From Tubulanus polymorphus (taxonomy: Eukaryota > Animalia > Nemertea): a stretch of DNA of 64,000 bases. The notes below the pieces were generated by a model that saw only the letters and a list, made by a program, of their open reading frames with translations, searched no databases and was not told where the DNA came from. The stretch spans positions 31,414,299 to 31,478,298 of the forward strand of contig NC_134025.1 of the NCBI RefSeq assembly GCF_964204645.1. Direction: 5' to 3'. The translations under genes and the position numbers were made by a program. Positions 1 through 12,000 of this stretch are shown here, piece by piece; within the stretch, counting starts at the first letter, position 1; each line of letters begins with the position of its first letter.

Positions 1-67
1 AATGTTTAACAACTTTGTTTCCATCTTCATTGAAATATTTTCTTTTGTTCGTATAATTTTTCTACAG

Positions 68-3000
68 AAAAGAAGGAGTTTATATTGTACAGCAAAACAG
101 CTGAAATCCGTGGAGTTGAACTCGATCGTCCGGACTACAACACAATTCCGTCGTGGTGTCAACCCGTCATTGATGATCCGATTTCAATAGATTACGATCC
201 TATCGATGAGAAACTTTACTGGTTGGATCAGAAACACGATACGATGAAGTGTTACATTAAAAGAGCAGATATCGTACCTAAAATAAAGAAAGATTCTGCT
301 GCGATCGAGGAGATTGTCGCTGATACAGGTTTGTTATACCCCTTAAAACCTGGGGACGGTTACACGGTCAAGGACCACTCTTAGACCATTCGTTCTATAA
401 CCAACCTAACAACTTTAGACTTGTCTTAGGTTGTTAGATTGGCAAATTGATCCCAATTAGCGCTAACTTAAAGATTTAGGACCACTTACAAGCCTAAAGG
501 CACTACTCATAACTTATCGGGATCCAATTCCACTGTTGTAAGAAATTTGACTTGAAGTTATAAACATTGGAAATGAAATATTCTAACCCTTGATTTAAAT
601 AAAACAGTAGAACTGGCTCCTGAAGTCTGAAGTCTTAACTCCTAAAATCTCAACTCCTGGAGTCTCAGCTCGTGGAGTCTCAGCTCTAATCTTTGTTCTG
701 ATTTTAGATTTGGAAAGTTCTAAAGTGATAGCGGTTGATTGGGTGTCGAGGAATCTGTATTTCACGTCTGAGAGGAATCGTTCTGCTGGTATAACACTGT
801 GGGTCTCACGTCTGGACGGATCACTTCGCAAACCTTTATTGAACAATCTCAAATATGTAAAATCATTGGCTCTTCATCCTAAAGAAGGGTAAGTCTTCTC
901 ATTTCAAATTGTTTGTTTCTGAATTGAAGCAGCTATTTTTCTACTGCCTCCCTCAGGCTGGAACTCAGCACTCCTTCAGGCTGCACTCTGCACTCCTTTA
1001 GATATTAGACATTTTATTGGTACACTTTCAAAAACTGATGTCCACACTTCACATGAATTCAGAACTTTACCTGAGAGATTTATATTTGAAAACAAGCTAC
1101 AAATACCAGACTTTAGACATTTTATCAGCACACTTTCAAAAGTGAATGTCAAGAAACTTAATGCCTAAAAGGTGTACATAGATGCATTTGCCCGATTTGT
1201 AAAATTTGATATGAGCTCATTGTAAACTGTAAAAATGATGAAGATTTCTGAAGAATCTGTGGCAAATTGAACCTGATTGTAAAATGTGAATATATTATTG
1301 ATTCAGTTTAATGTACTGGTCGGCGTCTGAAGATAACATAGTATGGAACATATACAGAGCATTCATGGACGGCACTAAAATAGAACGCATCACAAACTTC
1401 AATTCATCATCATCAAAACAGTTCATTACTGGTAACATTATCATCGAGATTTAAATCTCAAATCATCATCTCACACATTCGATAATTCATTCGAGATCTC
1501 ATTTCAGATATCACCGTTGATTCCGATAATGAGAATCTATTTTGGATATTATCGGACGGTATTTCGAAAAGTTGCGTTCAACGAATATCGACGAGTTCAT
1601 CGTCTCTGTCCGCTGTCGTTACCAACGTTACCGCTTTAAACGGTCGAAACGTACGAGCGTTAGCCGTTTATGGAAATAAGATTTATTACGCTTTAGAGCG
1701 GAGCATTCGCGCGTATGATTTATCTGGTTCTGCTACTGATAAATTAGTTCAAGCGAGAGCTGATAAAATACATGAGCTGAAAATATTTCACATCAAGGGT
1801 AAAAAAGGTGTGTTATTGATTTATTTAATAAGAGAAAGAAAGAAGGAGGAGAGGGAGGGAGGATGGAGAAAGGGAGGGAAAGAAGAGAGAGGGATTGAGG
1901 GAGAGGGAGAGGAAGAGAAGAGGTAATGTGAGAGGGAAGAGGGAGAGATTGAGGGAGAGGGAGAGGAAGAGAAGAGGTAATGTGAGAGGGAAGAGGGAGA
2001 GATTGAGGGAGAGGGAGAGGAGAGAGAGGGATTGAGGGAGAGGGAACATGAGTGGGAAGAGAGGGAGAGGGAAGGTGAGTGGAAGAGAGAGGGATTGAGG
2101 GAGAGGGGAGGGCTGCCAAACACTGTATAAACCACAAATTAGACTCCCGTTAGAATTGATCATTTATACTCAGTTTAATAGTTCTCTAGCGATGAACGAT
2201 TTCTCAAATTTTGATTCACAGTTAACATGTAGAGTCATATTGAACTATTTACCAGAGTATTTGAGTTACATCATGTTAGTCGATTAGTCAGAGGGAGAGG
2301 GAGAGGGAGAGTTACATGTTAGTCGATATATGTTCAGCCAGTATTCAGTAAATTGTATGATTGTTTATTATTCTGTATTAAGATGTAAAGAATGGTTGCT
2401 CTGGAGGTAACGGCGGCTGTAGTCAATTGTGTTTACCGAAAGGTCGGACTGAAGTTACTTGCCAGTGTACGATTGGATTCCACCCGGGTCAACCCGCGAG
2501 CAACTGCCAGAGTAAGTTTCATATTCAGCATTACCATCAGTTTTAAACAGTTTTTGAATGATTGATGAATGATTGATGATGATATTGTGTATTTAAGGCG
2601 ATGATAAAGTCGTTGTGTTTGCTACCAGTACTCAGATATTTGGAGTAAGTGTTGAGAACTCATCTACTAAATTGATACCTCCGATGTTTGAAGGGCAGGA
2701 TATTACCGCTTTAGATGTCTCATCAGGTTCGTAGCTTACTTCATGTTGATCAGAACTATACTTGAATTTCTGAATTCCTGGACCCAGTTCCACAGTACTT
2801 AGCTTAGTTTAGTTTTGACTCTATGTTGAAAGTAGTAGATTCTGATTGTAAAGCTGGATGCAGATTCTTAATTTGAATTTTGAGGCAGGTTTCGATTGAA
2901 CGTATTCTAGGACTGAAGCAATTTTGGATTAGAAACTCTTTACCGGCCGCTTCTATCAGGTTAACAGATTTAGCTATTCCAGAATGGGTAGAGTATTCTG

Positions 3001-6000
3001 GTTGAAATTTCTGGTAGAGACCAATCGAAACCTGCCTAAGACTAAGACATTTTAAGTAATTAATAGATGACCTGTATTATTTTCCAGGTGTTGATTCTGA
3101 TTATATTTATTGGGTCGATCAGAAAACGTTTTCTATTTCTCGAATTCGACGAGATTTAAGCGATAAAAAGATCATAATTAAAGAGAAAGTGAAACAGGTT
3201 GGAGATATAGCTGTTGATTGGATGGCTGGTAATCTCTACTGGACTGACTCTGAGTATAATACTATATCTGTATCTAAACTCAACGGATCACAGCATTTCG
3301 TCATCCTACACGACCTCAGTCAACCTAAAGCTATAGTTTTAGATCCAGCTCGTGGGTGAGTTCTAATATTCTTATTTTTATTACTTGTTTCTACTTTATC
3401 AGACCTTAACTGAACAGATTTCAGAGGTCAGTCCTATATCAGGTTCGAATCCTGCACATAAACGGTACAGTCCCTGCACAAGACACTCTCAGGAGTGATT
3501 GGGGATATTTGACCTGATAGATGACCAGGGGGCGCTAGTCCTAGCTCAGAGGAGCCATTTCCATAGTCGAAACTTAAGTCCAAAAGTGCTTTTAGATCTT
3601 AGGACTGGTCTAGAGTTGTTAGGTTAATTTTATTTCAATAACTAAGCACTGAAACTGGCCCCGAGGGGTCAGTTCACGAAATAGTTAATGTTTAAAATGT
3701 TTTTAAGTTTGAGACATTGTTCACATTGAATATAATATAAAGAAACTACTACATGTTTGTCTATTGTATTTGTTAGATACATGTACTGGTCACATACAGG
3801 AATACGTCCGGCTATAATGCAGGCTCGTTTAGACGGTTCACAGATGAAGATTTTAACGAAAGATGAAGTTAGTTTTCCCGGAGCTCTAGCGTTAGACTAC
3901 GCGACTAACATTCTCTACTGGTGCGATAAACAATATAAACACATTCGATTCTTCCCGATTAACGGACAAAACGTATCGAATCTGGTCGATTCAGTTGACT
4001 GTGATTCGTTAGTTGTTTATGATGGTTACGTTTATTGGACTGAAGTGAATAAAACAATTGGGTGAGTAGCGTTTGATCAAGGTCATTAACCCTTTAGCCT
4101 CTGGGGTCAGTTGCATAGTCATGACTTAAGTCCAAAAGTGGTCTTAAATTGTTAGATTGGCTATAGAACTAAGTTGGTCTTAGACCAGTCTTAAATCTAT
4201 GCCATGATTACACAACCGGCCCCAGGTTTTACTGCCTGGAAATAGAATTAAAATGCACTGAAGGTTTTCCAGACTCCTACTCTCTATGTCTGGATACTTG
4301 TCCATTTAACAGGTCACCTTTCTATTTCATTATCTCAATCGACTTCTGCCCAGGACACTAAGATTGACAATTTTCAGAATAGTTTGATGTTTTCATCTTA
4401 ATTCTGCTAAAGAGTGAAAGGAATTTTAACAATGTTAGAAGCCAACTATTAGAGATCAGGGTCTAAATGAAGTACGTTGTAATTTGACATGATCTGATCA
4501 TATTTTCAGCGACAGTTCGCGAGATAGCATTATCAAACGTAGGAAAATCACCATCGGCAACGAAGTAGATCGAAATACCGTTAAAGAACCAATTATAGAA
4601 ACATTCGCTTCGAATGTTAAAGGTCGCCTGGTAGCAATTGGCGTCCTGGATAAAACCCGTCAGTCAGGTTCGTGAAATAACAACATTCTCATTCTCAATG
4701 ACTTCAAAGATTCAGTGAAATTATGATTAGTTACACAACCTTCTCATTGTCTATGAAGCTATTGATTTGATGATAGACCACAGTTTGATTTTCTGTACAT
4801 TTTTTCAGGAACAAATATTTGCAGTAATGGAAAATCTGGATGTTCAGATTTATGTCTATATTTGGGTAATGATCAGTTTCAATGCGCTTGTGCATATGGT
4901 ACATTGGACCAGGATGAAAAAACATGTAAACGTAAGTAATTAAACCTACAGGTAATTCTCTTAAAGCTGAAACAAGTTCACCAACTTCTCTTAAAGCTGA
5001 AACAAGTTTACCAACTTCTCTTAAAGCTGAAACAAGTTTACCATCTTCTCTTAAAGCTGAAACAAGTTTACCATATCTCTTAAAGCTGAAACAAGTTTAC
5101 CAACTTCTCTTAAAGCTGAAACAAGTTTACCAACTTCTCTTAAAGCTAAAACAAGTTTACCAACTTCTCTTAAAGCTGAAACAAGTTTACCAACTTCTCT
5201 TAAAGCTGAAACAAGTTTACCAACTTCTCTTAAAGCTGAAACAAGTTTTCCTAATATGTGATATTGTTGATTTCAGCATCTGATGGTTTCCTGGTGTTCT
5301 CAAGTAAGAGAGGTTTAGAGATGATGAAATTAGACGTGATTGATAAGAATCAAGCTCGTAAACCGATCTATGATCCACAGTTTATGAAGCGAGTCATCTG
5401 TCTAGCACTTGATTGGCCGGCGCGTACAATATTCTATAGTGATTTACAGTTAGGCAATATACAGAGTGTATTAGTGGATGGAGGAGCAGAACGTAGAACT
5501 ATTGTAGATCATACTCATAGTAAGTGTTATTTCCCATCCCCTCACTCCCCGTCCCCCTCACTCCCCGTCCCCCTCACTCCCTGTCTCCCTCACTGCCATT
5601 CCTTCACTCCTTATCCCCCCATTCCCTGTCCCCTTTACTCCCCATTCTTCTCATTCCCTGTCCCCTTCACTCCCTGTCCCCTAACTCCCCATCCCCTAAC
5701 TTCCAATCCCCTCACTCGCTGTCTACCCCTCATCCCAGGTTCATCTTCCTCAACATGGGAATACCGCTCAGCAGCCAGTTATACAGATTCCTACTGAAAG
5801 TTCCTACTTAAACGCCCTGAAAATAACAATGATATGAATGATGTAATTGTAGAAGTTGGTGCAGTAGAAGGTCTTGCGTATAACCCGTTATATAAAGAGT
5901 TATACTGGACGAGTTACACTAAATCATCAATTCATCGTATATCAACTACAAACACTGACGACGAACCTGAATTATTGATACAATTATTACCTGAAGATCA

Positions 6001-9000
6001 TCCTCGCGCTATTCAGATAGACGTCTGTGATTCGTAAGTTTATTCCTTCGATTAGTTACTGTAATTACTCTATGACCTGACGACCCAACGGTCAGTGGTA
6101 TAGCCTACGATGATTTCAACCTGATGCCTGATGATGACTATTAGTTTATAGCTGAAACGTTGCTCAAATATAAATATACACTTTTATAGAGAATTTTTTA
6201 CATCCTTGGCTGAAATTATTGTAGGATTTCTTGTGTTTTCTTCTTACACGGAGATAGTTTATGTTATTGAATTAGTCATGGTTCAGATTTAAGACCAGTC
6301 TAAAATCATTTTCAAATCTTAGACCTCAAGTCATGACTGTGCAACTGGTTCCAGATGTTTAACTGATCATTATTTCAGTTCATTTGATCTAAAAATCAGT
6401 TCTGCATCAATTATATAAATCACCATACATCACTATATATCATTGAAGAGTTATAGATATGTGTCCTGGGGCTGTACCAGAATATGAAATGAATATGTCG
6501 AACTGTGAAATGGGCCCTAGTTCATCAGGTTGTGTTTTCTTGCAGACGGATGTATTGGACAAACTGGAATACAAAAACACCGAGTATCCAGAGAGCTTAC
6601 CTCGGTGGTTGGGGCATCGAATCTATCATCACTACCGATATACAAATACCGAACGCACTAGCTATCGATCATCAAGCTCAGAAACTCTACTGGGGAGATG
6701 CCGGACTTGATAAAATAGAGAGATGTGATTTCGATGGAAAAAATCGAGTTGTGAGTTTAAATTGAATGAATACCTGACGTAAGATGCAAGATCTAGTTCC
6801 TGAGTTATTGGTTACATTGAGTAAAATCAATGTTTAAACGCTAGGGTTGAATTCTAATTGAGAATTTTGGGACTAGATCCTGCGGCCAGTTCCACAGATC
6901 TCAGTGGAAATTACTTCCTAGGTTTAAAAACATTGAAAATAAACTTTTTCCGACTCTATAATGAACTAGTTTTAACTGAAACTTAATCAAAAACTCTGAA
7001 ACTGGATCCTTCTAATTCATAGAGATTCAAGATCATCGAAGACGAACGACTCCTAAAACTAAAACTTATTTCTATTTTAATGTTTCTGTTTGTGGTTTAA
7101 TAGGTTGTGATTCAGAATCACCCGGAGCACATATTCTCGATGGCCGTCTATGGTAGTTTTATATTCTGGACCGATTGGTCTCGTAAAGCTGTATTAAGAG
7201 TGAATAAATACAACGGAATGGATTTAGTAGTTGTTACTGAGAATATAAACGGTCATCCGATGGGGATTGCTGCATTCGCTAATGACACTAACGACTGTAA
7301 GTTCCTCGTATAAACATCCTGTCCAGCTTCATGTGAGATAGAATTTAAAATTGAGTTTAAACTTTTACCATATTATTTTCATATTTCTATTTTGAATATT
7401 TCGAAGGTATGTTGAACCCGTGTCGTCATAACAACGGTGGATGTCATCATAAATGTACAGTGAATATGTACGGAGAATTTAAATGTAGCTGTGAGGACGA
7501 TTACGTGTTACAGGCAGACGGACGAACCTGTCAACGTGAGTTACAACAATCAAACGCATAGTTACAACTATCAAACGCATAGTTACAACTATCAAACGCA
7601 TAGTTTCAACAATCCAACAGTTACTTCATGACTTATAGTGAAAGAGCAGTCCAGTCCCATTGCCTTTTGGGCAGACGCCGCTGTTTGGCTCGTTCCGAGA
7701 TTCCCTGAAAAATTGTTTCGATCCTTGGGTTCTCATCACATGGCCAGACCAAAACATCTTCCTTTGTTCGACCACAGACAAAAACCCCATCCCTGCCTTC
7801 TTTCTCAGTTACTACAATCTAATCCTTGTCAAAATGTAGAAATACCTGAAATGTTATGAGGTTATTATACCGGTGATTAACTGACTGTATTGTTGCGTTA
7901 TGTTTATATAGAGCGAGGTGATTGTAACGTGTATGAATTCACGTGCGGAGATAAGAAATGTATTCCGTACAACATGACGTGTGACGGAATCAATCATTGT
8001 GATGATAAATCTGATGAGAACAGCACATTCTGCGGTAAGAATTCAACTTCTACTCTTCATCACTTCTCTCCTTCATATGTTCATACTTACAACGGTCGAT
8101 CCAACGCCTACCTTTTGATGGATTTAACTGTATTTTTGATAATTGAAAAGGGATGAGTATTAGCGGAAATTAGAGCATCTCGCAGTTGAAATTTGTGGAT
8201 GGACGAGATGCATTCATAAACTCAAAGTAGAAAACTTGCCCTCATCATATTAAAAAGCAGTAGGAAAGTACAGAGCAACTCAATTTGCGAGGCTTTATGC
8301 ATGGACCACAAGATCCCTGGATCCACACCACTTGTCAATTTGAATTGTTATTGAGTCACTTAAAAATGAATTGGATCTGAATCAAAGATGTTTAAATGTG
8401 TGGTTTCTGTTTGTTTCAGTAACACGAACATGTCCGAATCATTTCTACTCGTGTCCATACATGAATCATTCTAAGTGTATATTATACTCGTCATTGTGTA
8501 ACGGAATCGCTGATTGTCCCAGCGGATCTGATGAGTTTCCGTGTGAATGCGCTGAAGATGAATATCAATGCCCCCTATCTATGATCTGTATTAAGAAGAC
8601 GGCACTTTGCGACGTGCATCCCGATTGTTCCGGAGCTTACGATGAAATGGGTTGCCGTAAGTTATATTGTTAATAATATTCATCATCGCTATAGTAATGA
8701 TCATTCTAAGATGTGTCCCATGGCTTTTATTCAGTTATTAAAACTTCACAGTCCGATTTCACGAAGATCTGAAAGATTTGTCTTAATCTCATCTTCGCAG
8801 AAGCAGTAATGAATGTCTTCTGTATTGTATATCTGAGCCAAGTTTTACGAAAAAGTTTAAGCCTAAAACGGTCAAGTTTGAATTGTTGTCCTCATTGGAA
8901 ACATGAAGTAACCAATGGCAATTACACCAAAAATTTGAGTTTTACTTTTTTGTGAAACTGGGCCCTGGAGATAAGATTTCGATATACTACTATCTGATCA

Positions 9001-12000
9001 ATGAATCGAGATATCATAATTTATCACTGCTAATAGTCAATTTGTTATGGTGAATTTTATTGGAATATGTTCGTTATTTCTAAACAGCTAAAACTGATTG
9101 TTCAACTCAAATATTGGACGGTAATTCACATGTGAGTTTGATACCGTGTAATACGACGACTAAATGTATCTCACCGCTGTGGATGTGTGACGGTGAGAAC
9201 GACTGCTTCGATTGGAACGACGAGAAAAACTGTCCGACCGCTGGTAAGTTCCAACACCACCAGGGGGCACTAGTTTAACTAAATAACCTTGCAAAATTCA
9301 TTAAAAAAGGCTTAGATGTATATAGATCCCTCCAATAATTAGTATGTTGTAAATAGTGTATGTATATATTGTTAATAACTTTGTTATATTTTATCAAAAC
9401 AAGTTTATACTTTCTGTTAATTGTAAATATTGTATACTTTGTATAAGTCTCCCTCCATTTACCATAGAAATGGTTGGAGTGTAATTAAAATCCTGAAATC
9501 CTAAACCATGAACTACTGTGGCCTCAGTAGTTCAGTGAGATAAGCGTGATGCTGATGCATCCACTGTCAGTGCTGAGTGACAAGTGGGTTCGAATCCTAC
9601 TGGTTGCTTACAGTCAAAGGCTGTCGTCCTGTCGTGAGGTTAAATGAACAATAATGATCTAATAGGGTTAGTCTTGGGAAACCAGGATCCAAGCGACATT
9701 AAGCCAAAAATAAACAAACAAACATACATACATACTGTAGTCATGTTGAGAAAGGTTGGAAATATCGCAGTGGTATCAGTCTTCAGTGTGATATGTAATC
9801 GAGAGTTAACAGTATTGAATCAGTTCTTTCTTACTTACAGCTCCGACGACTCAAACGCCATCTGGTGGCCTGTTATTCATATGTAACAATGGTCGCGCAA
9901 TTCCGAAAAAATGGAAATGTGACGGAGAAAATGATTGCGGTGATAATAGCGATGAATCAAATTGTAGCATCGGTAAGTAACGTCGCAATCTTAGAATAAC
10001 GATTGATTAACTGTGGAATCAAACTGTCTGATCACTAGGGATGAATCTTACCCTGAACAGTGTTTCAACTAAGAACTGAACAAAAATTATTTATTGAGAA
10101 ATTATTGAATATTTCTGAAAGTTGTGGAAAAATGTCTTAAACCTTTAATGAAAACACTGCATGAAATTTCATACAGTAAGGCCCAGTTTCACGAAAACAT
10201 TTTGGTTTCATCGCTATTGGTTACTTCTTCATGTTTTCAAACAGTTCAAACTCACCATTTTGAGCTAAAAATTGTTGTTGAAACAGAGGTTTTAATGAAA
10301 ATACTGTTGAGTGAGTGGAATCGGGTGGAACTGGGTGGAACCTCACGTTTGTAATGACTAATTAATTGTATATATATTTTGAATGTTAATTTAGGTGAGG
10401 ATTGCGATGAACGCCATCTTTTCCAGTGTAAATTATCTAAAGTATGTATTCCAAATAAATGGAAATGTGACGGAAATGTGGATTGTGGTGGAAATGATAC
10501 GTCAGATGAAGATGGCTGCCCGACTGGTGAGTAATAAGCAGACGGCTCAACAAATGGCGCTGTTAGTCAAAAACTGGTTAACATAACGTCAATCAAGTTT
10601 AGAGCAGCTGGGCCTTTGTGTGCTTATTCAGTCCTTCTTTAACTTGATATAAAGAATTCACCACTAGGTTCAGACTTTTACATGGTACAAAATAACAAAC
10701 AGGACAAAATGTTACCGAAATTTTTGTTGAAACATTAATTGTAGCCCCCAAAAAAGAAATAGATATCTAGATCTAGAATGTGATCTGAAATCACTAAGTT
10801 GTTCAATATATATCATTAAATGTACTTTGAATTAGAAAGGATCCTTATCTTAAACCTGTGTTCAGAAGTTGATGAAAATTTGAGAAAGATGAAATATTTG
10901 ATTTATTTATGATAAACAGTTGGACCACAGTGTGAACCATCGGATATAAAATGTAAACGTGATGGAATCGATCGCTGTATCAGAAAGGAACTGCAGTGTG
11001 ATCGCCATGACGACTGCGATGACGGATTAGATGAAGCGAATTGCAGTAAGTTTCAGATGTTTTGGATTATTCCGTCAATCTTACATATTACCCCTCTAGG
11101 ACAACAGTTAGTTACCACCAGACTACTGACAGGTTTGATTGATTTACAGCGTTGGAACCTGTTAAATGTCCGTTTGAAGAATTCCGTTGTCACGACGGTA
11201 AGAAGTGTATCTACGCTATATTCCGATGTGACGGTATCGCGGATTGTGAAGATAAATCTGATGAACCTGAAGGCTGTCATAAAAGTACGTTATTTGAGGG
11301 AGAGAGGGGTGAGGGAGAGAGGGAGAGAAAGGGTAAAGGATAGTGGAAGAATGACAAAACAAAGGGCAAGTAGAGAAGGGAGGGAGGAGAGAGGGATATA
11401 GGGAGGTAGGGAGTAAGTAGGGGAAAGAGGTTGAGGGGAGTACGGGATGGTGAGTGGGGGAAGAAGAGGGGAGGGAGTGAGTGAGTGGGGGAGAAGGGAG
11501 TTGGGGAAGGAGGAGAGGGGAGTAGGGGAAGGAGAAGAGGGAGTGAGTGAGGGGAGGTGAAGGGGAAGAAGGGAGAGGGGAGGGAGTGGGGAAGGAGAAG
11601 AGGGGAGAGGAGAGAAAGAAAGAGGTAGAGGTTCATCTCAATAATAAATAAAATTATATATATATATATATTCAGAATAAAATATGATATATATATATAT
11701 ATATATATATTTCAGGAAGTATAACGTGTCCACCGGGACAATTAAAATGTGCTAATTACCCGACGTGTTACGACAAATCAAAGAAATGTGACGGTAAATA
11801 CGATTGTATGGATTCCTCCGATGAGACCGGGTGCGATGTGAGTTTATTACCGTGTGGATCTAAACATCAATTCTCGTGTCGATCGGCGAAAAAATGTATC
11901 AATCTTACCGATACTTGTAACGGGCGTAACGACTGTGGTGATTGGTCGGATGAGATTTCATGCGGTAAGTTTTACTAAAACCATCAACAACTCTGAACTC

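Noticed and set aside
1793-2163. Pro/Ser/Leu-rich ORFs on the - strand (similar ORFs at 5524-5811, 11277-11636, 17381-18051, 21877-22634)
   Set aside because: Artefacts of stop-free CT/GA low-complexity intron tracts.
5520-5852. Apparent Pro-rich insertion in the LRP1 ORF 5258-5797
   Set aside because: An ordinary intron: GTAAGT donor at 5520 and TAG acceptor at 5852 restore [17 protein letters not shown].
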